DNA of 64,000 nt from an uncultured Candidatus Saccharibacteria bacterium (GTDB lineage: Bacteria > Patescibacteriota > Saccharimonadia > Saccharimonadales > 2-12-FULL-41-12). The stretch is taken from the NCBI GenBank assembly GCA_964521095.1, contig CAZFPJ010000001.1, forward strand, positions 132,149-196,148, written 5' to 3'. Below the pieces are notes generated by a model. It was given only the letters and a program-made list of their open reading frames with translations, made no database searches and had not been told where the DNA came from. Position numbers and translations under genes: made by a program. Positions 31,903 through 41,590 of the stretch are shown here, in pieces. Position 1 is the first letter of the stretch. The number at the start of each line of letters is the position of its first letter.

Positions 31903-32586
31903 ATGTACAGCAAGCATGCTATTTTATGGGACTTAGACGGCACTCTCTTGCCTAGTAGACAGATCGCCTATGATGTTTGGAGCAGAGTGTTTTCGGAACT
32001 CAACATAACCATGCCAGACCAACAGATCTTTGCAGACGATTTCGGCATGCATCTGAGTAGCTTTATCGAAAAACATGCAGGGACTCAAGCCGACAGAGAA
32101 CTGCTTTTGAAAAATTTTCTAGAGTATCAGCTCGCTCACTACGACAACATCACTTTCTACGGTGGCTCGCACGAAGTCATTGGCAAATTCCATGCAAACG
32201 GGTTCAAACAAGCTGTCGTATCTAGCAGAGGACAGCAGGGTAGAGGCAAGGCCGGCACAAGATCAATCGTCGAAAGCTCTGTCATTGCGCCGTACATTAG
32301 CCACATCGTCTCGGGCGACGATGTCAACAACCACAAGCCACACCCAGAACCTTTATTGCTGGCGCTAAAAGGCCTCCAAGTCAAACCAGAGAATTCCATC
32401 ATGGTAGGAGACAATGTCGTCGATATTGTGGCGGGCAAACAAGCCGGCACATATACAATTGGAGTCAACCACGACCGCTCCCAAAACACTACAAACGCCA
32501 TGAAAGAGGCGGGGGTCGATGGCATAGCCTATAGCATGGATGAAATTTTTGCTATTGCAGACAGGCTCCTCCGAGCTCTAAACTAG
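31903..32586 (+). CDS. HAD-family hydrolase (phosphoglycolate phosphatase-like)
   Basis: WDLDGTL, KPHPEP, MVGDNVVD. Confidence 0.88.
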   Translation: MYSKHAILWDLDGTLLPSRQIAYDVWSRVFSELNITMPDQQIFADDFGMHLSSFIEKHAGTQADRELLLKNFLEYQLAHYDNITFYGGSHEVIGKFHANGFKQAVVSSRGQQGRGKAGTRSIVESSVIAPYISHIVSGDDVNNHKPHPEPLLLALKGLQVKPENSIMVGDNVVDIVAGKQAGTYTIGVNHDRSQNTTNAMKEAGVDGIAYSMDEIFAIADRLLRALN

Positions 32587-32592
32587 ATACAT

Positions 32593-33162
32593 ATGAGTTT
32601 GGACGATTTCAAAACCAAAGAGTCGGTTATAGTAGTTTATACCGGCGAAGGCAAGGGCAAGACTAGCGCCAGCTTAGGGTTAGTAGCTCGTGCGCTCGGC
32701 AGTCGCTGGAGCGTGGCATTTATCCAGTTCATCAAATATTGGGGAGTAGGGGAGCATGTATTCCTGCGTGACATCAGCAACTTGTACAAAGATCAGTTGC
32801 ACTTTTATAAGGGCGGTAAAGGCTTTTATAACGCCGGCGAGTTGAGTGCCCAAGAAATTAGCGAAGCAGACCACAAGAAAGCCGCCCAAGAAACTTTTGC
32901 CGAAGCTCTAAGTTGCGCCAGCAGTGGCAAATACGACCTGGTTATCTGCGACGAGATCAACAACGCTGTCCACGACGGACTCTTGACTGTAAAAGACCTA
33001 AAAGAGTTGCTCGCCAAACGCTCACCCAAGACCAGCCTATGTCTAACTGGCCGTAACTTTCCAAAAGAACTACTAAATGAGGTGGATATTGCCACAGACA
33101 TGACCAAAATCAAGCACCATTTTGATGACAAATTCCTTGCCAACCCCGGTATAGACTATTGA
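32593..33162 (+). CDS. cobO: cob(I)alamin adenosyltransferase (CobO/BtuR)
   Basis: YTGEGKGKT, QFIK, DEIN, LTGR, GIDY. Confidence 0.88.
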   Translation: MSLDDFKTKESVIVVYTGEGKGKTSASLGLVARALGSRWSVAFIQFIKYWGVGEHVFLRDISNLYKDQLHFYKGGKGFYNAGELSAQEISEADHKKAAQETFAEALSCASSGKYDLVICDEINNAVHDGLLTVKDLKELLAKRSPKTSLCLTGRNFPKELLNEVDIATDMTKIKHHFDDKFLANPGIDY

Positions 33163-33196
33163 CATTACTCTAGTTTTTTGATATAATATATACTTT

Positions 33197-34099
33197 ATGT
33201 CAGAATTTATTACTGAACACGAACAAATTGCATTGCAAATGGAAGGCAAAGTAGACCCTATAGTCTTTGCGGGCATAACTGGCGAGGGGTACGACGAAAA
33301 GGGTGGCCTTAGCCACGACTCTGTCCACAGTAGTCCGTGTGGATCCAACCTCTTTAACGCCTTTACTCGTGCTTGTTATCGTCTACAAGAAAATCCAAAT
33401 GCAAACCTATCCTCAGAGGTAATTCGTCCGCCAGAACAACTAAGCACCCTAGGGTCATACTTAGTTAACTTGGTAAACGACACTCACACAAGAAACAAAC
33501 TATTGCCAAACAATTTTGTTAGCAAAAAAATCAACAAATTAGTCCTAAACGAGATAGATGGTTGTTGCGATGCCGAAGAAAACTTTATGAAAGCCTTGGG
33601 TCAGGAGAACGAGGGGGTACCCGAAGTGTACCCAGAACACAGGCTGTCCAAAAACAAAATCTACATCGATGACGATGGTCAACCCTTGCTTATCAGAAAA
33701 ACCTACGGCGAAAAAAACACACTGTCGCTACAAGATATTTCGATCAATGGAGTAGCCTTTCCAGCCGGAACTCTATTTATTTCGCGAGAGCGAGCGCTAG
33801 GGCATAACCACAGACAAGACAAACATTTAACCATAAAATCTCTCCGAGATATTTCGAGGCTGTCACCCATACGCCTCACAAAATATGCTTTGCCCACAGA
33901 AGAGCAAAATCTAGCAGTTACTAGAGAAGGTTTGTCGCCTGAGTTTTTGGCCCACTGTGGGCAAGACACTGTATTTAATCTTGAGGAACTAAAATCATAC
34001 CTTCCAGAACAAAGCGAGCTAAAAGAAATCGCTAGCAATTTTCCGCAGGCCAAGCAGTATAATAAATCTGCATGGGTTCCAATCTTAAGCTCGGTCTAA
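33197..34099 (+). CDS. hypothetical protein
   Basis: 300-aa ORF with TATACT just upstream. Confidence 0.65.
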   Translation: MSEFITEHEQIALQMEGKVDPIVFAGITGEGYDEKGGLSHDSVHSSPCGSNLFNAFTRACYRLQENPNANLSSEVIRPPEQLSTLGSYLVNLVNDTHTRNKLLPNNFVSKKINKLVLNEIDGCCDAEENFMKALGQENEGVPEVYPEHRLSKNKIYIDDDGQPLLIRKTYGEKNTLSLQDISINGVAFPAGTLFISRERALGHNHRQDKHLTIKSLRDISRLSPIRLTKYALPTEEQNLAVTREGLSPEFLAHCGQDTVFNLEELKSYLPEQSELKEIASNFPQAKQYNKSAWVPILSSV

Positions 34100-34677
34100 A
34101 AAGAAAGCCACGGTCGCTTGGTGCTGTTGTGTTGACTTTGCTGTTGGTGGTGGCGGTTTCATACTTGAGCAACAACTCTCAAAAAATAGAGCAGGGAAGC
34201 TCTGCTATCCAAAGCCAAAACCCTAGCACCTACACTGTCACAAAATTTTACGATGGCGACACAATTGCTATCAACATGAATGGATCAATTGAAAAAGTTC
34301 GCCTAATTGGCGTCGACACACCCGAGACTCATGACCCCCGTAAGGCCGTTCAATGCTTCGGCCAAGCTGGAGCAGACTTTACAAAAAATCTGATAGGCGA
34401 CCAAAAGCTTCGCCTAGAAGCCGACCCAATCAACCAAAATCGTGACCGCTACAACCGGCTACTGCGCTATGTGTATTTACCAGACGGCAGACTAGTTAAC
34501 GCCGAAATTATCAAGCAAGGCTATGGTTTTGCCTATCTTAGTTTTCCGTTTACAAAAAGCGATGAGTTCCGACAACTCCAAACCGAGGCCAGAGAGCAAA
34601 ATAGAGGGCTGTGGAACAGTTGTACCCCGTCACCCAACCAATACGGTGGCTTCACTAGCAACGATGTCACTCAATAG
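34072..34677 (+). CDS. thermonuclease (SNase) family protein
   Basis: DGDT, VRLIGVDTPE, DRYNRLLRYV, RGLW. Confidence 0.92.
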   Translation: MGSNLKLGLKRKPRSLGAVVLTLLLVVAVSYLSNNSQKIEQGSSAIQSQNPSTYTVTKFYDGDTIAINMNGSIEKVRLIGVDTPETHDPRKAVQCFGQAGADFTKNLIGDQKLRLEADPINQNRDRYNRLLRYVYLPDGRLVNAEIIKQGYGFAYLSFPFTKSDEFRQLQTEAREQNRGLWNSCTPSPNQYGGFTSNDVTQ

Positions 34678-35509
34678 GTTTAAGGCCAACCATTTTTTCA
34701 AAACTATAGATTAGAGCAACTACAAAATACAGCAAACCAAAAGGCAAAAGAACAATAAATAACGCCCACCTAGATACTGGATGCAGAGAGTCTTTTTGGG
34801 ACATCTCAAGACTACCAAGCGCCCCGTGCCTCTTAATTGTCCTGTGTTTTCTCTTTTCGTATTCTATAGCTTTTGGTAGATAGGCCAACCTTTCGCCATC
34901 TGTGTGTATTATTAGCTTTTTATCAAAAACTACTCTATCCCCAAGCGCTTTAATTAATATAGACAAGTCCTGATCTTCGTGGACCTCGGAGTCTTTTAGC
35001 GATGCCTTGCCCTTAATCTGAGCCCACATACCTTTGGTGATGACCATATTCGGGCCCCAAAGCACCTGATAGCCCAGAACCGAGTACATATGCCAAAAAT
35101 ATAATCGAGACCAAAAAACCGACCGCAAAGGCGTCAGATTGCTAAAAATATATGTCTTACCCGGACCTGTCAAAGCTACGGTATTTTGGCTACTCATCTT
35201 GGACAAAACCCTCTCCACCCAGTCTGGAGCAACTACAGAATCAGCGTCCAAACGAGCCAACAAATCACCCCTGGCTGTCTCGAAGCCTTTATTGCGAGCT
35301 GGTATCAACCCCTGTTTTTTCTCGTGCAACAGAGTAACAAACGGATAACTCTTGGCAATTTCACAGGTACGGTCTGTAGAATTATTATCAACCACTAGCA
35401 CTTCGGTGGGTGCAGTTTTTTGGCCAGCAATAGCGTCAAGACAAGCAGGCAAGTGGCTTTCTTCGTTGTAAACTGGTATGATAATCGAAAGCGTAAGCGG
35501 TTTATTCAT
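34667..35509 (-). CDS. glycosyltransferase family 2
   Basis: IIIPVYNEE, VDNNSTD, DAD, ED. Confidence 0.9.
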   Translation of the reverse strand: MNKPLTLSIIIPVYNEESHLPACLDAIAGQKTAPTEVLVVDNNSTDRTCEIAKSYPFVTLLHEKKQGLIPARNKGFETARGDLLARLDADSVVAPDWVERVLSKMSSQNTVALTGPGKTYIFSNLTPLRSVFWSRLYFWHMYSVLGYQVLWGPNMVITKGMWAQIKGKASLKDSEVHEDQDLSILIKALGDRVVFDKKLIIHTDGERLAYLPKAIEYEKRKHRTIKRHGALGSLEMSQKDSLHPVSRWALFIVLLPFGLLYFVVALIYSFEKMVGLKPIE

Positions 35510-35534
35510 AAATATATACCTAAAATCATAGCAG

Positions 35535-36677
35535 ATGGGCACCAACAAAAAAATCAACTCCAGAGGGCGAAAGAAGAAAAAACAAAGCACAAAGAGCCGT
35601 TTTGTCGGCTTGGTTTGGGGCAATCGTAATTGGCTCTTCAGAGTCACTTCAATTATTGTCATTATTTGTAGCATCATTTTTGCAGGGAGCTATGGTTTGG
35701 CCCATTGGTACCAGCAAAAACATGCCAAAGAACCCCTTGTAGTTGGCACGACTTTTATCCCTCGTTACGCTCGCTATTTTGGACTTGATCCAAAAGAAAC
35801 CCTCCATGCGATTATCTACGACCTAGGTATCAAGAAACTCCGTTTAACTAGCTACTGGAAAGACATCGAACCAACCCCAGGCACCTACAATTTTTCTGAT
35901 CTAGACTGGCAATTCAAAATGGCCGAAGAGTCTGGCACTAAAATTAACCTATCTGTAGGGTTGCGCCAACCCCGCTGGCCAGAGTGCCACGCCCCAGACT
36001 GGGCAATTAACCAACCCAAGGAGCTCTGGTACCCCGAGCTTAAAAAAGCTATGACCGCCGTTGTGGAAAGATACAAAAATAGCCCAGCGCTAGTTAGCTA
36101 CCAAGTAGAAAACGAATATTTTATGGAAGTATTTGGCGAGTGCCCAGACTTTGACCGCAATCGCCTTATCGAAGAAACCGCACTAGTCAGAAAGCTGGAC
36201 CCAAACAAACCAATCGTCATCACCAGAAGTAACAATTGGGGCGGATTCCCCCTAGGACAACCAACCCCCGATGTCTATGGTGTTGCCGTGTATAAACGGG
36301 TTTATGACTACAATATCACTCACCGATATTTTGAATATCCGTATCCACCCTGGTTTTATGCAACTCTAGCCGGAGCAGGCGAGTTAGCCAAAGGCAAGCC
36401 ACTAGTCATCCACGAACTCCAAACCGAACCCTGGATGCCAGACGGTTACGAGATAAACAAGATATCCGACATACCCGAACAAAACAAATCCATGAACGCC
36501 GACCGCCTACGCAAACGCATCCAATACGGAGAAGAGTCTGGCCTACGGAGTATGGATACCTGGGGAGCCGAGTGGTGGTACTGGCGCAAAGTCAAAGCAG
36601 GTGACCCTAGTCTTTGGAATGTAGCCAGAGAGGAAATTGGCAGAATCAACAAAGAGAATTCCACCAAACTGAATTAA
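35535..36677 (+). CDS. membrane-anchored clan GH-A glycoside hydrolase (beta-galactosidase-like)
   Basis: WKDIEP..G.YNF, QVENE acid/base, HELQ nucleophile. Confidence 0.7.
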   Translation: MGTNKKINSRGRKKKKQSTKSRFVGLVWGNRNWLFRVTSIIVIICSIIFAGSYGLAHWYQQKHAKEPLVVGTTFIPRYARYFGLDPKETLHAIIYDLGIKKLRLTSYWKDIEPTPGTYNFSDLDWQFKMAEESGTKINLSVGLRQPRWPECHAPDWAINQPKELWYPELKKAMTAVVERYKNSPALVSYQVENEYFMEVFGECPDFDRNRLIEETALVRKLDPNKPIVITRSNNWGGFPLGQPTPDVYGVAVYKRVYDYNITHRYFEYPYPPWFYATLAGAGELAKGKPLVIHELQTEPWMPDGYEINKISDIPEQNKSMNADRLRKRIQYGEESGLRSMDTWGAEWWYWRKVKAGDPSLWNVAREEIGRINKENSTKLN

Positions 36678-36732
36678 ACTATTCCATAATATATTGTTAT
36701 TTTTTGCAATATCCGTCATACTCTAAGGTGTT

Positions 36733-37191
36733 ATGGTCAAGAAAAAGCCCACTACCAAAAAAATCCAAAATCGCCGAGCCCGGTTTGACTACCAGCTGGG
36801 TGATGAGCTAATTGCCGGACTTTCGCTGTCTGGCAGAGAGACCAAATCTCTTAGGCTGGGGCATGGCCATTTGCGCGGAGCTTTCGTAGTTTTTAAAGAC
36901 AATGAGCTTTGGCTGACAAACGCTACTATCACCGGTTTTGCTGGCGCACAAATAACAGAGACCGAACAAGTTAGAAACCGCAAACTCCTGGTCAAAAAAC
37001 GCGAGCTAAAGGCACTATTAGAGGCCAAAAAACAAGGTAAAAGCTTGGTGCCTATAGAGCTGTTAACAGGCGGGCGTTATATCAAGCTCAAAATAGCGGT
37101 AGGAACCGGCAAAAAACGCTATGACAAACGCCAAACAATCCAAAAAAGAGACCAAGAAAGGTCGAACTTGCGAGAGCTCAAAGACGCGTAG
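36733..37191 (+). CDS. smpB: SsrA-binding protein
   Basis: NRRARFDY, ETKSLR, RKLL, GKKRYDKR. Confidence 0.95.
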   Translation: MVKKKPTTKKIQNRRARFDYQLGDELIAGLSLSGRETKSLRLGHGHLRGAFVVFKDNELWLTNATITGFAGAQITETEQVRNRKLLVKKRELKALLEAKKQGKSLVPIELLTGGRYIKLKIAVGTGKKRYDKRQTIQKRDQERSNLRELKDA

Positions 37192-37251
37192 TATTTACAG
37201 ATACAGGCTTAATCGTTTAGAATAATCAGGTTAGCTTTCAAAAAACAATAA

Positions 37252-37326
37252 TCCCGGGTAGCTCAATGGTGGAGCAAGAAGCTGTTAACTTCGAGGCTGT
37301 CGGTTCGAATCCGACCCCGGGAGCCA
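37252..37326 (+). tRNA. tRNA-Asn(GTT)
   Basis: Acceptor tcccggg/cccggga, anticodon gaag-ctgttaa-cttc, T-arm gtcgg-ttcgaat-ccgac, CCA. Confidence 0.93.
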
Positions 37327-37612
37327 GACCAAGCACTAACAGAGGTAGACCGGTTTCCTAGACCGGTCTTTTCTCTTTTTTGGACTTACCCCTTATCTGT
37401 TAGCTGGTTCGAGTCCGGCTTCCCTATATTCATAAACGATAGTCTTGTTGTTGGAACCGTCAAAAGGATCGAAGGTTGTCGACTTACTCCTGTAAATTGG
37501 TTCTATAAGTGACCGTAAAGCCCCATAGTAATCAAGTGGCGAGAAAGGAGACCGGGTTCCTGGACCGATGACTGATTAGATATCTCTAATTATAATATAA
37601 ACAAGGTAGCGG

Positions 37613-38350
37613 TTAATTTAACGCTTGTCTAATGCTACTGTTTTTGTCGAATTTATAATCGTACCCACGAATAAGTACGGCAGGTTTATTTGTGCCGCGC
37701 TGACCCATGATTAATGCAGCTGATGCAGCGAGCATGTCGCATACGGTCTCTTCGCTTACTTTTGGTTTTCCAGTCTCATCAATTGTTTCTGTAGATCGAA
37801 TCGGGGGTAGCCCATATATTCCGATTGCAATTTGTGTCGCGCCCTTTTTGTCTATACGCCCGTCGCTATCGGTTATGATTACGCCCACATTTATGCCAGT
37901 TGCTTCCAGAATAGTTTTTCCAATTACTCGAGCGCTCGCATCTGCATCTTCTGGAAGCAAGATAACCTCTTCAGGCCCATTTTTGTCTACTCCGGAACTC
38001 GTCAAGCGCAAACCATTAGGAAGCCACCCAGCGATATAGTTGTCGCCCAAATCAATCCGGCTGCCGTCAGGTGCACCTGTTTCATCAATGATAACTTGTA
38101 CGGCACGAGGGTCCTTACGGGGTACTTTTTGGTGAATTTGTTCAGCAATCTCACTGACCTCAACCTCGGATAAGTTCTTGAATCTGCCTTCAGCGATCGA
38201 AACTGCCTTTGAGGCTACACATACGATATCGTTTTCTTGAAAATCTATTCCCGCTTGTTGTGCTGCTTCAACCAATATTTGTCCCACATTATCATCCTGC
38301 TCTATGTACGGTATATTCGGTATTGCTTCTAGCTGGATGCGCTCACTCAT
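37613..38350 (-). CDS. coenzyme F420-0:L-glutamate ligase (CofE)-like protein
   Basis: ASKAVSIAEGR, GVD..N, LLPEDADASA, ITDSDGR, IMGQ. Confidence 0.8.
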   Translation of the reverse strand: MSERIQLEAIPNIPYIEQDDNVGQILVEAAQQAGIDFQENDIVCVASKAVSIAEGRFKNLSEVEVSEIAEQIHQKVPRKDPRAVQVIIDETGAPDGSRIDLGDNYIAGWLPNGLRLTSSGVDKNGPEEVILLPEDADASARVIGKTILEATGINVGVIITDSDGRIDKKGATQIAIGIYGLPPIRSTETIDETGKPKVSEETVCDMLAASAALIMGQRGTNKPAVLIRGYDYKFDKNSSIRQALN

Positions 38351-38532
38351 AATCAACTCCTGCTGCTTCAAGTATGTTTCTGGTACCTATTATAGATGCA
38401 ATTGATGATTCAACCTTATTATTTGTTGCGCGTCACAACTTATTTAAGCGATAATACCGATGCAGAAAGTGCAAAAAAAGACATACTGAATCAAGCAAAT
38501 ATTATTACTGAGGTCTTTCAGGCAAGAGCATT

Positions 38533-39084
38533 ATGAAACTACTATTAACCCGTCATGGCAAAACAAAAGAAAATATCGCCGGGATTGTGCTAGGTCAAAA
38601 CCCAGGAGAGCTTAGTGACGAGGGGATTGCTAAAGCACTAGAGCTGAAAGAAAAGCTGAAAGAATACCATATTGATGCGGTCTACTCTTCAGACTTAAAG
38701 CGGTGCATTGACACATCAAAACTTCTTACGGCCAATACAAATATCGATATTAAGCTCGAGCCTCGTTATAGAGAAATCAACTTTGGCCACTACCAAGGAA
38801 GGCCATATAGTGCGGTAAAAGGCGACTTCATAACTCAAATGGATCTTGCCTTTCCGGGTGGCGAATCGAACAATCAACTTATAAAAAGAGTTATCGATGC
38901 GACGAATGAGCTGTTAAAAAATCATAAAGATCAGACTGTGCTAGTCGTAACCCATTCTGGCCCTATTTCAGTCATAAACGCAGCGGTGAAGCAAACTACT
39001 TTTAGTGAAGAGATAGACAATAAAGCAGACCATAACGATATCATCGAAATAGAGCTAATTAATCCACTTGAATATCCTCGGTAA
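38533..39084 (+). CDS. histidine phosphatase family protein
   Basis: RHG, SSDLKR, PGGES, VTHSG. Confidence 0.9.
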   Translation: MKLLLTRHGKTKENIAGIVLGQNPGELSDEGIAKALELKEKLKEYHIDAVYSSDLKRCIDTSKLLTANTNIDIKLEPRYREINFGHYQGRPYSAVKGDFITQMDLAFPGGESNNQLIKRVIDATNELLKNHKDQTVLVVTHSGPISVINAAVKQTTFSEEIDNKADHNDIIEIELINPLEYPR

Positions 39085-39107
39085 CGAAAAATTTGAATAG
39101 TACCAGC

Positions 39108-39509
39108 CTAGCAAAATTTTTCTATAATAACGTCCACATCTTTCATTAAGTTTGGGAGTTGGAGTGCCTTGCCGGGGGTAATCCACTGAAAGTCTATGTG
39201 TTCACGCGGGCTGAGAGTGATGTTGGGCTTTTCCTGGAATGAGGAGACAAAAATAGGAAAATCTACGATAAATGTATCGTATTCGATTGGAAGCAATCCT
39301 AGGTAATCCAGAGACTCCGTATCTAATTTAATACCTGTCTCTTCGAATACTTCTCTAGCTGCAGCTTGCAGGTCGGACTCGTCCTTTTCAACTTTCCCGG
39401 CTGGAATACCCCAAAGTGATGGATCTGTTTCTGTTTCCGAACGATACAGTAGCAAGATCTCATCACCATTCCTTAATATGCATCCCACGACACGTATTCT
39501 ATTCTTCAT
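39108..39509 (-). CDS. NUDIX hydrolase
   Basis: Nudix box GKVEKDESDLQAAAREVFEETG. Confidence 0.9.
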   Translation of the reverse strand: MKNRIRVVGCILRNGDEILLLYRSETETDPSLWGIPAGKVEKDESDLQAAAREVFEETGIKLDTESLDYLGLLPIEYDTFIVDFPIFVSSFQEKPNITLSPREHIDFQWITPGKALQLPNLMKDVDVIIEKFC

Positions 39510-39614
39510 AACCTAAGTATATTTGACAGTCTCTACTATTCATAATAAAAGTTCTTTTATTCTTCTTAGGTGTAAGCTAAAGTAAAGCGAGCCTGAAATA
39601 GGGTGGTAGCTACT

Positions 39615-39642
39615 GCTGGTTCGAATCCAGTCGCCGGAGCCA
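39615..39642 (+). repeat. divergent tRNA 3' fragment (T-arm + acceptor 3' strand + CCA, Asn-like)
   Basis: gctggttcgaatccagtcgccggagcca with no matching 5' half upstream. Confidence 0.7.
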
Positions 39643-39643
39643 T

Positions 39644-39680
39644 AAAAAATCCGTAGCCTTTTAGGTTGCGGTTTTTTTAT
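39644..39680 (+). terminator. intrinsic terminator after tRNA fragment
   Basis: ccgtagcct-tt-aggttgcgg hairpin followed by a T run. Confidence 0.65.
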
Positions 39681-39726
39681 TTCTAGGTCGGGTTCGAGAC
39701 TATAGCCCTGACAGCTTGCTGACGGT

Positions 39727-39813
39727 AGGCTGTTGGTTCGGTCATTAGTATGTTGCCCGAGATAATTTCTCGGCGCATTAGACTAATGTGCGTTTATCCG
39801 ACCCCGGGAGCCA
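39727..39813 (+). repeat. tRNA-Asn 3' half copy split in the T-loop by a 55-nt hairpin insert
   Basis: aggctgttggttcg (13/14 match to 37294-37307) + insert 39741-39795 + 18-bp exact 3' end. Confidence 0.8.
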
Positions 39814-39872
39814 ATTTTGAACTTTTCTAGATTATCTAGCAAGCATTCATGTTGGTTAGATTTGCTATAATC

Positions 39873-40313
39873 ATGTATGTGAAAAACAAATCACTTTCAG
39901 CACTAGAGTTCCTTGTGGGAGAATACGAATATACTCTTTACAATGCATGGTTTCTTGATAGCATGGACACCAAAGTTAAAGGATACGCGGAGATTGAGCG
40001 ACTGCATGATGCGTTTATAGTTATGCGTAGCACTGATGCCGATAAAAAACCTGATGATGTTTGGGTAATTGGATACAGCGATCCTCAGCAAAGATATCAG
40101 GCATTTTCCTATGACCAACGAGGAATAGCTCGTATCTTTGATGTTAATTTTGAAGGCAAAAAGCTAGTATTTTCGCGTGAGGACGAAGATTTCTATCAAA
40201 AAATTACGATAGATGCTACGGATAAGGGCTTGCATTTTACGCCTGAAGCCTCAGAAGATAGAGGTAAAACTTGGCGCAAAGATTTCGATATGAGATACAT
40301 CAGAGTTAAGTAA
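39873..40313 (+). CDS. hypothetical protein (DUF1579-like beta-barrel)
   Basis: L.FLVGEY, SYDQRG, EASEDRGKTW pattern. Confidence 0.6.
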   Translation: MYVKNKSLSALEFLVGEYEYTLYNAWFLDSMDTKVKGYAEIERLHDAFIVMRSTDADKKPDDVWVIGYSDPQQRYQAFSYDQRGIARIFDVNFEGKKLVFSREDEDFYQKITIDATDKGLHFTPEASEDRGKTWRKDFDMRYIRVK

Positions 40314-40549
40314 TAGCCGTAACATCAGTCCGCGACCTGTTATGTTAAGCCATGGAAATGCTTCAACACAAAAAACTGGAAGAATCACCGCAAATAGTGT
40401 AACTTTTGGACAAAAGGTGCTATAATATGCGCAAGCAAGTGGTTACTATTGCCTCTCCGTTGTTATTGTTAGTTTTATGCTAGATACTATCGCGAGCAGA
40501 AATAATGAACGCAAGCGGTAAAATATAAGGAAAGGAATATTAACTAATT

Positions 40550-40855
40550 ATGTCAATGAAACTATATGTAGGTGGCCTACCTTACAGCGCTACCGAGCAA
40601 GAGCTAAACGACTTCTTTGCTGCAGAAGGCAAAGTAGTAAGCGCAGTCATCATTAACGACAAGTTCAGTGGTAAGTCTAAAGGATTCGGCTTTGTTGAGT
40701 TCGAAGACGCTACAGAAGGTAAGAATGCTGTCAACAATTTGAACGGCAAAGACTTTGGTGGACGATCTATCACTGTTAACGAAGCTCGACCACGCGAAGA
40801 ACGACGCCCAGGTGGCGACCGTAACTTTGGTGGCAACAGCCGACCTCGTTACTAA
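40550..40855 (+). CDS. RRM RNA-binding protein
   Basis: RNP2 LYVGGL, RNP1 KGFGFVEF, VNEARPRE. Confidence 0.95.
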   Translation: MSMKLYVGGLPYSATEQELNDFFAAEGKVVSAVIINDKFSGKSKGFGFVEFEDATEGKNAVNNLNGKDFGGRSITVNEARPREERRPGGDRNFGGNSRPRY

Positions 40856-40876
40856 ACGAACGAACTGTTCAACCGC

Positions 40877-40908
40877 AAAAAGCCTCGCAACCTAAAGCGA
40901 GGCTTTTT
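40877..40908. terminator. bidirectional intrinsic terminator
   Basis: aaaaagcctcgc...gcgaggcttttt between convergent genes. Confidence 0.75.
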
Positions 40909-41227
40909 CTATTTCTGCAATTATATGGCTCTTTGGTACAGCACCAATGACTGTACTTTTTATCTCTCCATCCGCAAAGATTATCATATTAGGAATACTT
41001 TGCACCTGATACTCTTCGGCTAATTTATGGTTGTCTATACTGCCTTCGACATCTATCTTTACTATGTCTACGATATCGTCGTGTTTTTGACCTAGCTCAT
41101 GCAAAACTGGCGCCATAGCATGGCAGGGCGGGCACCACTCGGCCCAAAAGTCTACCAAAACAGTCTTTTTATTCTTTAAAACTCTCTCTTCAAACTCATC
41201 TCTGCTAGAAATATTACATAAAGCCAT
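40892..41227 (-). CDS. trxA: thioredoxin
   Basis: DFWAEWCPPC, SIP. Confidence 0.9.
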   Translation of the reverse strand: MALCNISSRDEFEERVLKNKKTVLVDFWAEWCPPCHAMAPVLHELGQKHDDIVDIVKIDVEGSIDNHKLAEEYQVQSIPNMIIFADGEIKSTVIGAVPKSHIIAEIEKASL

Positions 41228-41285
41228 GAGATATATTATAAGCCCTAAAGACCGGTCTACGCCAAATACATGGTAAGCTTGTGTT

Positions 41286-41585
41286 ATGAAAACAGTTTCT
41301 GAAGGGACTCATCATAAACTACCAGAGGACCTAAAAAAGGCCCTATTGGCCGACGAAGACGCCTTAGAGCGCTGGGAAAATATAACACCACTAGCTAGGA
41401 GCGAGTGGATATGCTGGACTATCACTGTAAAACAAGAAAAAACCCGCAAAGAACATGTCAAAAGAACAGTCGAAGAGCTGTTGCAAGGCAAGCGACGACC
41501 ATGTTGCTGGGCTGGTTGTCCACACCGAAAAGATAAATCAATGAGCCCTTCTCAAAAATGGGTTTTTGGTAAGCAAAAATCGTAA
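41286..41585 (+). CDS. YdeI/OmpD-associated family protein
   Basis: LPEDL..AL, TPLARSEWICW, RRPCCWAGC. Confidence 0.8.
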   Translation: MKTVSEGTHHKLPEDLKKALLADEDALERWENITPLARSEWICWTITVKQEKTRKEHVKRTVEELLQGKRRPCCWAGCPHRKDKSMSPSQKWVFGKQKS

Positions 41586-41590
41586 TATCT

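Larger units (their letters stand above)
37327..39813. mobile_element. small tRNA-Asn-anchored island (no integrase)
   Basis: 18-bp direct repeat atccgaccccgggagcca at 37309-37326 and 39796-39813; further T-arm fragments inside. Confidence 0.65.

Noticed and set aside
37192-37612. tmRNA next to smpB
   Set aside because: Only tRNA-Asn is recognisable; no GGGG 5' end or tag ORF was found.
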